A stretch of DNA of 64,000 nt from Collinsella sp. (GCA_019419605.1 DXZP01000001.1:116153-180152), one strand, 5' to 3'; numbered from the stretch's first letter, positions 48,727 to 60,379 are shown. Program-made: numbers and translations. The notes: generated by a model not told the origin, from the letters alone.

Positions 48727-49125
48727 ATGAACCTTACAGACCCGATCGCAGATATGCTTACGCGCATCCGTAACGCTAACTCTGTGAACAAGGCCACGGT
48801 CTCCATGCCGAGCAGCAAGAAGCTCGTCGAGATCGCTCGTGTTCTGCACGAGGAGGGCTACATCGAGGGCTACGATGTCGAGGACACCGTTCCCCAGAAG
48901 ACTCTGCACATCACGCTTAAGTATGGTCCCAAGAAGGCTAAGGTCATCAACGGCATCCGCCGCATTTCCAAGCCGGGCCTGCGTAAGTACACCGGCGTTG
49001 CCGACATGCCCCGCGTCCGCGGTGGCCTTGGTACCGCCATTATTTCCACCAGCCATGGCGTCATGACCGACCGCGATGCTCGCAAGCACAACGTCGGCGG
49101 CGAGATCATCGCTTACGTCTGGTAA
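48727..49125 (+). CDS. rpsH: 30S ribosomal protein S8
   Basis: [28 protein letters not shown]. Confidence 0.98.
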   Translation: MNLTDPIADMLTRIRNANSVNKATVSMPSSKKLVEIARVLHEEGYIEGYDVEDTVPQKTLHITLKYGPKKAKVINGIRRISKPGLRKYTGVADMPRVRGGLGTAIISTSHGVMTDRDARKHNVGGEIIAYVW

Positions 49126-49158
49126 TTCGCTCGGTAGGTAGAAGGAAAGGAGATCACC

Positions 49159-49695
49159 GTGTCTCGTATCGGTAATAAGCCTGTCCAGATTCCCGCCGGA
49201 GTCGAAGTGGCAGTCAACGGCAACAACGTTGTCGTCAAGGGCCCCAAGGGCCAGCTCGAGCTCGATGTCTTTGAGAAGCTCGCTATTAACATCGAGGACA
49301 ACGTCCTCACCGTTTCCCGTCCCGACGACGAGCGTGAGACCCGTGCCCGCCACGGCCTCACCCGCGCCCTCATCCACAACATGGTTGTTGGCGTTTCCGA
49401 GGGCTTCGAGAAGAAGCTCGAGCTCGCCGGCGTCGGTTACCGCGTGCAGATGAAGGGCAAGAACCTCGAGTTCTCCCTGGGCTTCTCGCACCCCGTGATC
49501 GTCGAGGCTCCCGAGGGTATTACCTTCGAGGTTCCCGACAACACCCACGTGAACGTCAAGGGTATCAACAAGCAGCAGGTCGGTCAGATCGCCGCTGAGA
49601 TTCGCGGTCATCGTCCTCCCGAGCCTTACAAGGGCAAGGGTATCCACTATGTTGGCGAGCACATCCGCCGCAAGCTGGGTAAGGCCGCCAAGTAG
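49159..49695 (+). CDS. rplF: 50S ribosomal protein L6
   Basis: [14 protein letters not shown]. Confidence 0.98.
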   Translation: MSRIGNKPVQIPAGVEVAVNGNNVVVKGPKGQLELDVFEKLAINIEDNVLTVSRPDDERETRARHGLTRALIHNMVVGVSEGFEKKLELAGVGYRVQMKGKNLEFSLGFSHPVIVEAPEGITFEVPDNTHVNVKGINKQQVGQIAAEIRGHRPPEPYKGKGIHYVGEHIRRKLGKAAK

Positions 49696-49770
49696 TCGTA
49701 ACCGACTCACTCGCATAAGACCAGCACCCCGTCAGGTGCTGGCAAGATCAACCTTTTTAGGAGTTTACGT

Positions 49771-50139
49771 ATGAACAAGCATAAGGCGAAGCTGGAAGGC
49801 CTCAAGCGTCGTCAGCGTCGTGTTCGCGGCAAGGTCTCGGGTACCTCCGAGCGTCCGCGTCTTCGCGTGACCCGTACTAACGCCAACATCTATGCCCAGA
49901 TCATCGACGACAGCAAGGGCTCCAGCCTGACGCTCGTCTCTGCCTCGACCCTCGAGGCCGAGTTCAAGGGCACCCACACCTCGAACAAGGAGGCTGCGGA
50001 GAAGGTCGGTCAGCTCGTTGGCAAGCGCGCCATCGAGGCCGGCATCACCAAGGTCGCCTTCGATCGCGGTGGCCGTATCTACCATGGCCGCGTCAAGGCC
50101 CTCGCCGACGGTGCTCGTGCCGCCGGTCTCGAGTTCTAG
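49771..50139 (+). CDS. rplR: 50S ribosomal protein L18
   Basis: [24 protein letters not shown]. Confidence 0.98.
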   Translation: MNKHKAKLEGLKRRQRRVRGKVSGTSERPRLRVTRTNANIYAQIIDDSKGSSLTLVSASTLEAEFKGTHTSNKEAAEKVGQLVGKRAIEAGITKVAFDRGGRIYHGRVKALADGARAAGLEF

Positions 50140-50153
50140 GAGGTATGTAGCAC

Positions 50154-50678
50154 ATGGCTCGTAATCAGAAGCAGCAGCGCGAGGCCTCCGAGTTCGAGGA
50201 GCGCGTCGTTTACATCAACCGCGTGTCGAAGACCGTCAAGGGTGGTCGTCGCATGAGCCTCGTCGCTCTCGTCGTCGTTGGCGACGGCAAGGGCAACGTC
50301 GGCGTTGGCATGGGCAAGTCCGCTGAGGTGCCCCTGGCCATCTCCAAGGCGTCTCTCGATGCCAAGAAGAACATGTTCCACGTGCCGGTGACCGAGCAGG
50401 GCACCATCCCGCACGAGGTTCTCGGCCACTTTGGTGCCGGCCGCATCATCATCAAGCCCGCTGTCGAGGGTACCGGCGTTATCGCCGGCGGCGCTGTGCG
50501 TCCCCTCTTTGAGCTTGCTGGCATCAAGAACGTCCTGTCCAAGTCCCTCGGTACCGACAACGGCCTCAACATCATCAAGGCTGCCGTCGAGGGCCTCAAG
50601 GAGCTCTCCAGCCCTGAGGACGTCGCGGCTCGCCGTGGCCTGACGGTCTCCGAGATGTTCGTCGGTAAGGAGAACTAA
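50154..50678 (+). CDS. rpsE: 30S ribosomal protein S5
   Basis: [20 protein letters not shown]. Confidence 0.98.
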   Translation: MARNQKQQREASEFEERVVYINRVSKTVKGGRRMSLVALVVVGDGKGNVGVGMGKSAEVPLAISKASLDAKKNMFHVPVTEQGTIPHEVLGHFGAGRIIIKPAVEGTGVIAGGAVRPLFELAGIKNVLSKSLGTDNGLNIIKAAVEGLKELSSPEDVAARRGLTVSEMFVGKEN

Positions 50679-50680
50679 GC

Positions 50681-50863
50681 ATGGCTGACACCATCAAGAT
50701 CAAGCAGGTCCGCAGCACCAACGGTTGCAAGCAGGACCAGGTCCGTACTGTCCGTGCCCTCGGTCTCCACAGGATCCGCGAGGTTCGCGAGATTGCTGAC
50801 AACGAGTCCGTCCGCGGCATGATCTTCAAGGTCAAGCACCTTGTCGAGATTGTAGAGGAGTAG
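50681..50863 (+). CDS. rpmD: 50S ribosomal protein L30
   Basis: IKQVRS, LGL, RGMIFKVKHLV. Confidence 0.96.
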   Translation: MADTIKIKQVRSTNGCKQDQVRTVRALGLHRIREVREIADNESVRGMIFKVKHLVEIVEE

Positions 50864-50866
50864 CAA

Positions 50867-51316
50867 ATGCAGCTTCACGATCTTACTCCCGCGCCCGGTT
50901 CCACCAAGAACCGCAAGCGCGTCGGCCGTGGCAATTCTTCGGGTCACGGCACCACTTCTGGCCGCGGCCAGAAGGGCCAGGGTTCCCGCTCTGGCGGCAC
51001 CAAGGGTGCCGGCTTCGAGGGTGGCCAGACTCCGCTGGCTATGCGCCTGCCCAAGCTTCCGGGCTTCCGTAACCCCCGTCGTATCGAGTACACCGCTGTT
51101 AACGTTGAGCGTCTCGAGCGTAAGTTCGAGGATGGCGCTGTGATCGACGGTGCCGCTCTTAAGGCCGCTCGCATCACCAAGAGCGAGTTCGAGCCCGTCA
51201 AGGTGCTCGGCAATGGTGAGCTCACCAAGAAGTTCACGGTCAAGGTCGACAAGGTCAGCGCTTCTGCGCAGGCCAAGATCGAGGCCGCCGGCGGAAAGGT
51301 CGAGCTGCCGTGCTAA
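50867..51316 (+). CDS. rplO: 50S ribosomal protein L15
   Basis: [27 protein letters not shown]. Confidence 0.98.
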   Translation: MQLHDLTPAPGSTKNRKRVGRGNSSGHGTTSGRGQKGQGSRSGGTKGAGFEGGQTPLAMRLPKLPGFRNPRRIEYTAVNVERLERKFEDGAVIDGAALKAARITKSEFEPVKVLGNGELTKKFTVKVDKVSASAQAKIEAAGGKVELPC

Positions 51317-52596
51317 ATGGTCTTAAGAATGCTTTCCGCATCAAAGAATTGCGCGAAAAGATTCTTTTTACCATAGCTATGCTCGTCGTGTACCGCATTG
51401 GTGCGCACGTTCCTGTGCCCGGCATTCCCTTCCAGGGGATGCTGGGCCTTTTCTCGACCGATAACAATTCGGTCGCCGCAGGTGCTATGGCCCTCCTGAA
51501 TCTTTTCTCTGGCGGCGCGTTGAGCTATGTGTCGGTGTTTTCGCTGGGCATCATGCCTTACATCACCAGCTCGATCATCCTCCAGATGCTCCAGGCCGTC
51601 GTGCCTTCCCTGCATGAGCTTGCCCGCGAGGGCGAGGTCGGTCAGACCAAGATTACGCAGTATTCGCGTTACCTCACCCTGGCTCTGGCAATCCTCAACT
51701 CCGTGGGTTACCTCTTCCTCTTTAAGAGCTTCGGCATCAGCTTCAATGGCGCCGGCGCTCCCGAGATCATCTTCGACCTCATGATTGTCGGCACGCTCAC
51801 CGCGGGCGCCATGCTGATCATGTGGATTGGTGAGCTCATCACCCAGCGCGGTATCGGCAATGGCATGTCGCTGATCATCTTTGCGAACATCATGGCCGGT
51901 CTGCCGCAGGCGATCTTCTCCAGCACCGAGGGCAATGCCGGTGGCATCATCACCATGGTGATCATCTGCGCCATCATCCTGCTGGTTATCCCGCTGATTG
52001 TTTTCCTTGAGCGTGGCCAGCGCCGCATCCCGGTCTCCTACGCCAAACGCGTCGTGGGCCGTCGCATGATGGGTGGCCAGACCACCTACCTGCCCATTAA
52101 GGTCAATACCGCGGGTGTCGTGCCGATCATCTTCGCTTCGGCGCTGCTGTACTTCCCGGCTCAGATTGCCGTGTTCTTCCCCGGCATCGGTTGGATTCAG
52201 GCAGTTGCCTCCGCGCTTTCGACCGGTTGGCTCAACTGGGTGCTTAACGTTGTCCTCATCGTGTTCTTCGCGTACTTCTACACCTCCATGGTGTTCAACC
52301 CCGATGACACGGCCGACAACCTTAAGAAGCAGGGCGGCTTTATTCCGGGCGTGCGTCCGGGTAGGGCTACCGCGGCCTACATCAAGAACGCGCTCAACAA
52401 GATCACGCTTCCCAGCGCTGTCTTTTTGGCGCTCATCGCCATCGTGCCTTCGATCATCTTCTCCTTCACTGGTAACCATCTGATCCAGGCATTTGGTGGC
52501 ACGTCCATCCTCATCATGGTCGGCGTCGTGCTCGACACGGTCGATAAGCTCGAAGGCCAGATCAAGATGTATGATTACGATGGATTCTTTAAATAG
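51310..52596 (+). CDS. secY: Preprotein translocase SecY
   Basis: [35 protein letters not shown]. Confidence 0.98.
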   Translation: MLNGLKNAFRIKELREKILFTIAMLVVYRIGAHVPVPGIPFQGMLGLFSTDNNSVAAGAMALLNLFSGGALSYVSVFSLGIMPYITSSIILQMLQAVVPSLHELAREGEVGQTKITQYSRYLTLALAILNSVGYLFLFKSFGISFNGAGAPEIIFDLMIVGTLTAGAMLIMWIGELITQRGIGNGMSLIIFANIMAGLPQAIFSSTEGNAGGIITMVIICAIILLVIPLIVFLERGQRRIPVSYAKRVVGRRMMGGQTTYLPIKVNTAGVVPIIFASALLYFPAQIAVFFPGIGWIQAVASALSTGWLNWVLNVVLIVFFAYFYTSMVFNPDDTADNLKKQGGFIPGVRPGRATAAYIKNALNKITLPSAVFLALIAIVPSIIFSFTGNHLIQAFGGTSILIMVGVVLDTVDKLEGQIKMYDYDGFFK

Positions 52597-52614
52597 GCTA
52601 GAGGAGGATTGCTC

Positions 52615-53241
52615 ATGAACCTCGTATTGCTCGGAGCTCCGGGTGCCGGTAAGGGTACCGTCGCACAGGAGCTCGTCGCCGAGTTTGGCATCGCTCACAT
52701 TTCCACGGGTGACCTGCTGCGTGCTGCCGTCAAGGGTGGCACCGAGCTTGGTATTCAGGCTAAGAAGTACATGGACGCTGGCGAGCTCGTTCCCGACCAG
52801 CTCGTGATCGACCTTGTCAAGGAGCGCCTTGCCGCCGACGATGCCCAGCAGGGCTTTATTCTCGACGGCTTCCCGCGCAACACCGCCCAGGCTGTGACGC
52901 TCGATTCCGAGCTCTCCGCCATGGGTCGCGAGATCGATTGCGCCCTTTTGGTCGATGTGGCCCCTGAGGTCATTATCGATCGTCTGTCTTCGCGTCGCAC
53001 CTGCCGCGCCTGCGGTTACACCGGCACCGCTGCCGATGCTACCTGCCCCAAGTGCGCCGGCGAGATGTATCAGCGCGACGACGACAAGCCCGAGACCATC
53101 AAGAACCGTCTCGACGTCTACGAGAAGTCCACGTGCCCGCTCGTCGACTACTATCGTGGCCAGGGTCTGCTCAAGTCGGTCAACGGTGACCAGGCTCGCG
53201 AGACCGTGTACGGGGATGTCAAAGAGGCTCTCGGTCTATGA
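52615..53241 (+). CDS. adk: Adenylate kinase
   Basis: GAPGAGKGT, LDGFPR, Zn-type LID. Confidence 0.98.
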   Translation: MNLVLLGAPGAGKGTVAQELVAEFGIAHISTGDLLRAAVKGGTELGIQAKKYMDAGELVPDQLVIDLVKERLAADDAQQGFILDGFPRNTAQAVTLDSELSAMGREIDCALLVDVAPEVIIDRLSSRRTCRACGYTGTAADATCPKCAGEMYQRDDDKPETIKNRLDVYEKSTCPLVDYYRGQGLLKSVNGDQARETVYGDVKEALGL

Positions 53242-54026
53242 TCAAGATTAAGTCTGCAACGCAAATCGAGCAGATGAAGAAGGCAGGAGCGCTATCTAAG
53301 ATGGCGCTCCGCCACGTTGGAGCCATGGTGCGCCCTGGTGTTTCGACCTTTGAGCTCGATCAGCTCGCGGAGCAGATTATCCGCATGCATGGCGGCACCC
53401 CGGCCTTTAAGGGTTACGGCGGGTTCCCGGGAACCATTTGCGCATCGATTAACGATGCCGTGGTCCACGGTATTCCCAACCCCGACATGATTCTGCGCGA
53501 TGGCGATATCATCTCCATCGATACGGGAGCCGTTGTCGACGGTTGGGTTGGCGATAATGCTTGGACGTTTTTCGTCGGCACCCCTACGCCCGAGGCCAAG
53601 GCCCTGTGCGAGGTCACGCGCGATTGCCTTAAGGCTGCCATCGAGCAGGCTGTTCCCGGTAACCATATCGGGGACGTCGGTTATGCCGTTCAGTCCCTCG
53701 CCGAGTCTCACGGTTACGGCGTGCTTCGTGATTATGTGGGCCATGGCATTGGCAGCGTGATGCACGAGGACCCCAACGTTCCTAACTATGGAAAGAAGGG
53801 GAGGGGCGTTCGCCTCCAGGCCGGCATGGTCATTGCCATCGAGCCGATGGTTACGATGGGTTCCAACCATGTGAGCACGGGCTCCGACGGTTGGATTGTT
53901 ACGACCAACGACCACCTGCCCGCCGCGCACTACGAGAACACCGTCGCCATTACCAATGACGGTCCGGTGATTCTCACCACCGACGCGCAAGGTGCTTGGT
54001 GTTCCTTGCAGGGCGGTGAAATGTAG
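53238..54026 (+). CDS. map: Methionine aminopeptidase type I
   Basis: VVHGIP, GHGIG..MHEDP, AIEPM, AHYENT. Confidence 0.97.
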   Translation: MIKIKSATQIEQMKKAGALSKMALRHVGAMVRPGVSTFELDQLAEQIIRMHGGTPAFKGYGGFPGTICASINDAVVHGIPNPDMILRDGDIISIDTGAVVDGWVGDNAWTFFVGTPTPEAKALCEVTRDCLKAAIEQAVPGNHIGDVGYAVQSLAESHGYGVLRDYVGHGIGSVMHEDPNVPNYGKKGRGVRLQAGMVIAIEPMVTMGSNHVSTGSDGWIVTTNDHLPAAHYENTVAITNDGPVILTTDAQGAWCSLQGGEM

Positions 54027-54174
54027 GGGCCGCGTTCAAACACGTCGGCATCTACATTTCTGAAAAGTAACAAGTTCCGCTTAGTTGTGGAGCCATTACG
54101 AAGATATTACGATACGTGCATGCGTATTGTAGAATACTCAATCGCTGTCGTTTTCTAGAGAAAGATGATTGCTT

Positions 54175-54393
54175 GTGAAGAAGGAAGACGCAATTGAGCT
54201 CGAGGGTACGGTAAAGGAGCCGCTGCCCAACGCCATGTTTAAGGTCGAGCTCGAGAACGGTCATTCGGTTCTGTGCAACATTTCTGGCAAGATTCGAATG
54301 AATTACATCCGTATTCTCCCCGGTGACAGGGTTGTCGTGGAGCTTTCCCCGTACGACCTGACCCGTGGCCGCATCACCTATCGCTACAAATAG
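54175..54393 (+). CDS. infA: Translation initiation factor IF-1
   Basis: [23 protein letters not shown]. Confidence 0.98.
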   Translation: MKKEDAIELEGTVKEPLPNAMFKVELENGHSVLCNISGKIRMNYIRILPGDRVVVELSPYDLTRGRITYRYK

Positions 54394-54543
54394 CGGCACG
54401 CATACACGCACTCCATTTCCGGCTGCAGGCTTAGCTCAACCTACGGTCGGATTGTGTGTGAAGACCAGCCATAGTTTTAAACGCCTGCGGCTGGGCGAGT
54501 AGATAGTAGGGAAGTAGTTTGAGCGCTACCGAAAGGAAGAACG

Positions 54544-54657
54544 ATGAAGGTACGTCCTTCGGTCAAGAAGATGTGCGATAAGTGCAAAATCATTAGGCGC
54601 CATGGCAAGGTCCTCGTCATTTGCGAGAACCCCCGTCATAAGCAGCGTCAGGGTTAA
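54544..54657 (+). CDS. rpmJ: 50S ribosomal protein L36 (below ORF-track cutoff)
   Basis: Translated by hand: [37 protein letters not shown]. Confidence 0.97.
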   Translation: MKVRPSVKKMCDKCKIIRRHGKVLVICENPRHKQRQG

Positions 54658-54671
54658 GAGAGGAGACTACG

Positions 54672-55046
54672 TTGGCCCGTATTAATGGTGTCGACCTCCC
54701 GCGTGAGAAGCGCGTTGAGATCGGTCTGACCTACATTTACGGCATCGGCCGCACCACTGCGACGAAGATCTGCGTCGAGTGCAACGTTAACGTGGATACG
54801 CGCGTTAAGGACCTCACCGAGGATGAGGTTAACGCCATCCGCGATTATATCGATAAGAACCAGATCATGGTTGAGGGCGACCTCCGCCGTGAGCGCAACC
54901 AGAACGTCAAGCGCCTTATGGACATCGGCTGCAACCGTGGCCTTCGTCACCGCAAGGGCCTCCCGGTCCGCGGCCAGCGCACCCACACTAACGCTCGTAC
55001 CCGCAAGGGCCCGAAGCGTCAGATCGGTGCTAAGAAGAAGAAATAA
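54672..55046 (+). CDS. rpsM: 30S ribosomal protein S13
   Basis: [24 protein letters not shown]. Confidence 0.98.
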   Translation: MARINGVDLPREKRVEIGLTYIYGIGRTTATKICVECNVNVDTRVKDLTEDEVNAIRDYIDKNQIMVEGDLRRERNQNVKRLMDIGCNRGLRHRKGLPVRGQRTHTNARTRKGPKRQIGAKKKK

Positions 55047-55060
55047 GGAGCGCTAGATAG

Positions 55061-55465
55061 ATGGCTACTGCTAAGAAGAACGTTCGCGCTGCCCGTCTGA
55101 AGCGCGCGGACCGTAAGAACATTTCCGTGGGCCAGGCTCACATTCGTTCTACGTTCAACAACACGATCGTTTCGATCACCGATCCCCAGGGCAACGTCAT
55201 TTCCTGGAAGTCGGCTGGCCAGGTGGGCTTCAAGGGCTCCCGTAAGTCCACGCCGTTCGCTGCCCAGATGGCTGCCGAGGCTGCTGCCAAGCAGGCCATG
55301 GAGCACGGTATGAAGAAGGTTTCCGTCTTCGTCAAGGGCCCCGGCTCCGGTCGTGAGACCGCCATCCGCTCCCTCCAGGCTGCTGGCCTCGAGGTCTCGA
55401 GCATCCAGGACAAGACCCCCATTCCGCACAACGGCTGCCGCCCCAAGAAGCGTCGCCGCGTGTAA
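55061..55465 (+). CDS. rpsK: 30S ribosomal protein S11
   Basis: [27 protein letters not shown]. Confidence 0.98.
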   Translation: MATAKKNVRAARLKRADRKNISVGQAHIRSTFNNTIVSITDPQGNVISWKSAGQVGFKGSRKSTPFAAQMAAEAAAKQAMEHGMKKVSVFVKGPGSGRETAIRSLQAAGLEVSSIQDKTPIPHNGCRPKKRRRV

Positions 55466-55484
55466 CTGAAAGGATCGTATCAAT

Positions 55485-56081
55485 ATGGCAATCGACAGGA
55501 CTCCTGTTCTTAAGCGCTGCCGTCAGCTCGGGATCGATCCCGCTGAGCTCGGTTACAGCAGCAAGAAGGAATCTATCCGTCAGCCCAAGCGCCGTCGCAA
55601 GGAATCTGAGTACGGCATGCAGCTGCGCGAGAAGCAGAAGGTCAAGTTCATCTATGGCGTTCTGGAGAAGCAGTTCCACGGCTACTTCAACAAGGCCCGT
55701 AAGATGAACGGCGTCACCGGTGAGAACCTCATGATCATCCTTGAGTCTCGCCTCGACAACGTCGTCTTCCGTCTTGGCTTCGCCCGCACCCGCAAAGAGG
55801 CTCGTCAGTCCGTCCGTCACGGTCACTTCACCGTGAACGGCAAGCGCGTGGACATCCCGTCCTACCGCGTCAAGGCCGGCGACGTCGTCGCTGTCGGCGA
55901 GAAGTTCCGTGACCTCCTCCCCATCAAGGAGGCCCTGATTTCCTCCGAGCGCTTTGAGGTCCCTGGCTGGCTCGAGGTCGATATCGAGAAGCTGTCTGGT
56001 AACGTGCTCGCTCTGCCGACGCGTGAGCAGATCAGCGGTGATATCAACGAGCAGCTCATCGTCGAGCTCTACTCTAAGTAG
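55485..56081 (+). CDS. rpsD: 30S ribosomal protein S4
   Basis: QLREKQK, LESRLDN, IVELYSK. Confidence 0.98.
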   Translation: MAIDRTPVLKRCRQLGIDPAELGYSSKKESIRQPKRRRKESEYGMQLREKQKVKFIYGVLEKQFHGYFNKARKMNGVTGENLMIILESRLDNVVFRLGFARTRKEARQSVRHGHFTVNGKRVDIPSYRVKAGDVVAVGEKFRDLLPIKEALISSERFEVPGWLEVDIEKLSGNVLALPTREQISGDINEQLIVELYSK

Positions 56082-56113
56082 TCCATCCGGGCTGCTGAGG
56101 CTGGAGGTAATAC

Positions 56114-57055
56114 ATGTCAGAATTCATTAGGCCTCAGGTTCAGGTCGAAGAGATCAACGAGACGTCTGCTCGTGTCTCCGTCGAGCCGCTCGAGCGTGGT
56201 TACGGCGATACGCTGGGTAACTCCCTTCGTCGCGTTCTTCTGTCCTCGCTCGAGGGTGCCGCCGTCGAGGCTATTCAGATCGATGGTGCGCAGCACGAGT
56301 TCATGACCATCCCTAACATGGTCGAGGATGTCACCGACATCGTCCTGAATGTCAAGGGTCTTGTCTTCAGGGCTCTCGGCACGACCGACGAGGCGACCGC
56401 CACCATCTCGGTTGACGGCCCCTGCGAGGTCACCGGTGCGGACTTCTTTATTCCGTCCGAGTTTGAGCTGGTCAACCCCGAGCAGCACATCGCTACGCTC
56501 ACCGAGGGTGGCCATCTCACCATGAGCATGCGCATCGGCTATGGCCGCGGCTATGTCTCTGGCGAGGCTAACAAGCGCGACAACGATCCCATCGGTGTGA
56601 TCCACGTCGACTCGCTGTACTCGCCGGTTTCCCGTTGCGCCAAGCTCGTTGAGGCTTGCCGTGTCGGTCAGCATACCGACTACGACCGCCTTGTCCTCGA
56701 GATCGAGACCAACGGCTCCATCGCCCCGCGCGACGCCGTGGTCCAGGCTGCCAATATCATCAACCAGCATATGGCCGCCTTTATGAACCTTGCCGAGACC
56801 CCCGAGGTCGAGGAGGAGGCTTCGATCTTCGCTCCCGAGGTCACCAACGACAACGCCGAGCTGGACAAGCAGATCGAGGATCTGGACCTTTCCGTCCGTT
56901 CCTACAACTGCCTTAAGCGCGCCAGCATTCACTCGGTCCGTCAGCTCGTTGAGTTCTCGGAGAACGATCTGCTCAACATCCGTAATTTCGGTGTTAAGTC
57001 GATCGAGGAAGTGAAGGACAAGCTTGAGTCCATGGGCCTGAGCCTGAAGGCTTAA
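56114..57055 (+). CDS. rpoA: RNA polymerase alpha subunit
   Basis: EPLERGYG.TLGNSLRR, LSVRSYNCLKR, NFGVKS. Confidence 0.98.
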   Translation: MSEFIRPQVQVEEINETSARVSVEPLERGYGDTLGNSLRRVLLSSLEGAAVEAIQIDGAQHEFMTIPNMVEDVTDIVLNVKGLVFRALGTTDEATATISVDGPCEVTGADFFIPSEFELVNPEQHIATLTEGGHLTMSMRIGYGRGYVSGEANKRDNDPIGVIHVDSLYSPVSRCAKLVEACRVGQHTDYDRLVLEIETNGSIAPRDAVVQAANIINQHMAAFMNLAETPEVEEEASIFAPEVTNDNAELDKQIEDLDLSVRSYNCLKRASIHSVRQLVEFSENDLLNIRNFGVKSIEEVKDKLESMGLSLKA

Positions 57056-57085
57056 TGCTTCGCATATTTGAGGAGAAACTAGACC

Positions 57086-57568
57086 ATGCGTCACAACGTT
57101 AAGAAGGGCCTTAAGCTCGGCACCGATGCGAGCCACACCAAGGCCATGAAGAAGAGCCTTGCTAAGGCCCTCTTCGAGAACGACCGCATCAAGACCACCG
57201 AGACCCGCGCTAAGGCGCTGCGTTCGGTCGTCGATCCGATCATCACTTGGGCCAAGAAGGGCGACCTGCACTCTCGTCGTCTGGCTATCGCCAAGCTCGG
57301 CGATAAGCAGCTCGTTGCCGAGATCTTCGACAAGGCTGCTCAGGGCATGTGGCAGGACCGCAACGGCGGTTACACCCGCATCATGAAGCTCGGTAACCGT
57401 AAGGGCGACAACGCTCCCATCGTTATCATGGAGCTCGTCACCGAGCCTTGCACGCCTAAGGCCAAGAAGGCTGCTCCGGCCCCCAAGAAGGCCGCTGCTC
57501 CCAAGAAGGTCGAGGCTGTCGAGGAGACCGCTGCCGAGGAGGCTCCTGCTGAGGAGACCGCTGAGTAG
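57086..57568 (+). CDS. rplQ: 50S ribosomal protein L17
   Basis: MRH, IKTT..RAK, GGYTRI, RKGDNA. Confidence 0.98.
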   Translation: MRHNVKKGLKLGTDASHTKAMKKSLAKALFENDRIKTTETRAKALRSVVDPIITWAKKGDLHSRRLAIAKLGDKQLVAEIFDKAAQGMWQDRNGGYTRIMKLGNRKGDNAPIVIMELVTEPCTPKAKKAAPAPKKAAAPKKVEAVEETAAEEAPAEETAE

Positions 57569-57594
57569 ACATTCCGTCTGCATAGGCTATATTC

Positions 57595-57625
57595 GAGGGG
57601 TACGTTCGCGTACCCCTCTTTTTTT
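57595..57625 (+). terminator. Intrinsic terminator of the alpha operon
   Basis: GAGGGGTACG-ttcg-CGTACCCCTC-TTTTTTT. Confidence 0.92.
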
Positions 57626-57660
57626 GTCGCGATACCGTTGCTTGTTTGTTGGGAGCGCCC

Positions 57661-58485
57661 ATGACTGCGCCGTCTGATTTCAATTCGATTTCCGAGCTTG
57701 ACGCCACGCTCGTATTTCGCGTGGCCTATGATGGCTCGTCGTATAGCGGATTTGCCGAGCAGCCGGGACAGACGACGGTTGCGGGTGAGCTACGTCGAGC
57801 CATCGAGACGCTGCTTCGCCGCCCGATCGATCTGACGTGTGCGGGGCGTACCGATGCCGGCGTGCATGCCGTGGCTCAGTACATCAGCGTGCCCGTAACG
57901 GACGCTGAGCTCGCTTGTACGCGCCGTAGGTGGCTGCGGGCTATGGATGCCCTGCTGCCCAAAGATATCGCCATAAACGAGGTCTACAAGGCCCGTAAAG
58001 GCTTTTCTGCGCGTTTTGACGCGCGTTCCCGTACGTATACGTACCGTATTGCCGATCGAGATGCGCGCCCCGTGCTGTCCCGCGGTGCCGTGTGGTGGCA
58101 TCGCTATCCCTTGGATGTTGAGGCTATGTCTGCTGCCTGCCCCGCTCTGCTGGGCGAGCAGGACTTTAAAAGCTTTTGCAAGGTTGCTTCGGCCGTTGGC
58201 AAACCCACGCATCGCTGCGTGATGCGTGCCGAATTTGGCCATGAGGTTGCGTTTGGCGAGGACATCCTGACGTTCACCATCGAGGGCAATGCGTTTCTGC
58301 ATTCGATGGTCCGTACGATCGTGGGCACGCTTGTCGAGATTGGCATGCATCGCCGTGAACCCGAGTGGATGCGCGAGGTTATCGATGCTTGCGACCGTAC
58401 CGCTGCGGGCCCCACGGCTCCTGCCTGCGGCCTTACGTTTATGGGCGTGGATTACGATCCCGCCGAGCTTGTCGTGCTCGACTAG
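57661..58485 (+). CDS. truA: tRNA pseudouridine(38-40) synthase
   Basis: YDGS, AGRTDAGVHA, ARFDA, FLHSMVR, TAPACGL. Confidence 0.95.
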   Translation: MTAPSDFNSISELDATLVFRVAYDGSSYSGFAEQPGQTTVAGELRRAIETLLRRPIDLTCAGRTDAGVHAVAQYISVPVTDAELACTRRRWLRAMDALLPKDIAINEVYKARKGFSARFDARSRTYTYRIADRDARPVLSRGAVWWHRYPLDVEAMSAACPALLGEQDFKSFCKVASAVGKPTHRCVMRAEFGHEVAFGEDILTFTIEGNAFLHSMVRTIVGTLVEIGMHRREPEWMREVIDACDRTAAGPTAPACGLTFMGVDYDPAELVVLD

Positions 58486-58646
58486 GGCAGGGCTCGACGT
58501 GTCGTGCGTCGACACCTGTCATCTGTGGGCTGCGCGTGTGCAACATCTGTTCTTGGCGTGCAATGCAACCGGTGTCTCATTGCTTTTATTGCCGGGGTGT
58601 ACCATGAACCACGGTTTGATTCATTGCTGTCGAGAGGACGGATAAT

Positions 58647-59687
58647 TTGGTTCGACGTGGCTCGCATCCGCGACTTTCGGTGATCCTTGTGGTAGAAGGT
58701 TCGCCCAGCTATGCGATGCGTGCGCTCGAGAGTATCCAGAACCAAGACCTCTACGATTTGCAGATTGTCGTTGTCTGTCGCGATACTGCGCCCGGTGTGC
58801 GCCATTCGCTTCAAGTTGCTGCCGACAGGGACATCCATATTGATTTGATTGACGTCGAGGACGCGACGCGCGGCGCGTGTCTTCGTGCCGGTTTTGCTGC
58901 CTCGCGCGGCTCTCAAATCATCGCCATGAACGCCGATGAGTGGTTTGCTCCGCAATCACTTTCCAAGATGGTCGATATCGCGTGCGATACTGCGGCAGAC
59001 ATAGTGTTCCCCACGGTGTCGCTCGACCGCTATGATGCACATCGAGAGCGCCATTCGCGCGTCTTGGATGCTACTCATATTTCCATTGATAGCAAATCTT
59101 CGATGGTGGCCGGGCTGCCTCAGTTGATTTTGGGCGGCTTGGTTGCTCAAGTCTCTGGCGTGATGTATAGTCGTCCGCTGTTTGAGGCATGCCTTTTGTG
59201 CGACAAGGCGTTTCGCACAGTTGGGTTTATGGCATGCGCGCTCTCGCAGGCGCAGCGCGTCTCCGGATGCGGCGACGCTTGTTTCCACGCGGTGGCGCCT
59301 AAGCTTGCAGATGCCTTTGATCCCACCATGTATGCCAAGGTATCCGATGACACCCGAGCGCTCGACGAGCTTGCGGACTCACTCTCGGAAGCAGATAGCG
59401 GTGGTCGGCTCAAGCTGGCAAGCCAAAAGTTCTACTTTGCCGGACTGGTCGCCTGCATCGAGAATTTGTGTCTGAGCCCGCATGGGGTGTCGTCAATCGA
59501 GCGTTCCGCCCGCATGCGTGATATGCTCGAGGCGCCTCGAACCCGTCAAATGGTCGCCGCGCTCAAGGATAACCATCGGGGGCTCGGTCTGTTGTTTGGG
59601 CCGATCGCTAGCGCCAAGCCCGCGCGTTGCGTGATGTGTACGCATCTGGCAGCTTTTCTTAACCGGACGGGCGCAAAAACCGCCTAA
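58647..59687 (+). CDS. Glycosyltransferase family 2-like protein (degenerate motifs)
   Basis: LSVIL...LESIQNQ..DLQIVVV, IAMNADEW in place of DxD. Confidence 0.6.
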   Translation: MVRRGSHPRLSVILVVEGSPSYAMRALESIQNQDLYDLQIVVVCRDTAPGVRHSLQVAADRDIHIDLIDVEDATRGACLRAGFAASRGSQIIAMNADEWFAPQSLSKMVDIACDTAADIVFPTVSLDRYDAHRERHSRVLDATHISIDSKSSMVAGLPQLILGGLVAQVSGVMYSRPLFEACLLCDKAFRTVGFMACALSQAQRVSGCGDACFHAVAPKLADAFDPTMYAKVSDDTRALDELADSLSEADSGGRLKLASQKFYFAGLVACIENLCLSPHGVSSIERSARMRDMLEAPRTRQMVAALKDNHRGLGLLFGPIASAKPARCVMCTHLAAFLNRTGAKTA

Positions 59688-59707
59688 ACGGCTCATTACG
59701 AAACAAA

Positions 59708-59776
59708 TTTGCATAGAATTGTTTCGAAATGCGTTCTTATACACAAAAGCCTTCAAATAGCGTTAAACTATTCAAT
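59708..59776. promoter_or_regulatory. Possible ARG boxes upstream of argR
   Basis: AT-rich; TGCGT-TCTT-ATACA and related partial matches to TGMAT-N4-ATKCA. Confidence 0.35.
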
Positions 59777-59819
59777 CACTGATTGATTGTCTCCGCCATC
59801 TTTTGGAGTGAGGGTTTGT

Positions 59820-60257
59820 ATGGCTAAAAAACGCAATGGGCGCCAGGATGCCATTAGAGATATTGTGCGCAATAAGGACGTCCGCACGCAGCGTGTGCTG
59901 GTCGATGAGCTCCGTGCTATGGGCTTTGATTGCACGCAGGCGACTGTCTCTCGCGATATTGCCGATATGGGGCTGCGTAAGCTCCCTGAGGGCATCTATG
60001 TTCTGGCAGAGGACCTGCACCTGCAGCGCATGGTTTCCGAGCTCGTAACGGGCGTTCTGCGTACCGATAATCTGGTTATGATCAAGGCTCAGCCTGGCAC
60101 GGCTTCCGGCATCGCCGCCGCCGTTGATGCGGCAGAGTTGCCCGATGTGCTTGGCTCGCTTGCCGGCAACGATACGATTTTGGTTATTGCCCAGACGGCC
60201 GAGGACGGCGAGCGTCTCGAGGCGCTGATCAATAAGCTGAGCAATTCTCGCAAGTAG
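59820..60257 (+). CDS. argR: Arginine repressor
   Basis: TQATVSRDI, LAGNDTIL. Confidence 0.95.
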   Translation: MAKKRNGRQDAIRDIVRNKDVRTQRVLVDELRAMGFDCTQATVSRDIADMGLRKLPEGIYVLAEDLHLQRMVSELVTGVLRTDNLVMIKAQPGTASGIAAAVDAAELPDVLGSLAGNDTILVIAQTAEDGERLEALINKLSNSRK

Positions 60258-60308
60258 GCGTGCGGGTCGTGCGCTCGGCACTGCGTGCGCTTACATAGTG
60301 GCTTGTAA

Positions 60309-60342
60309 GGGGTATCGACGTTGGTCGGTACCCCCCTTTTTT
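60309..60342 (+). terminator. Intrinsic terminator after argR
   Basis: GGGGTATCGAC-gttg-GTCGGTACCCC followed by a T-run. Confidence 0.8.
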
Positions 60343-60379
60343 GTTTGCTGGTATAACGACCGCCCAGTCGCTTCAAACT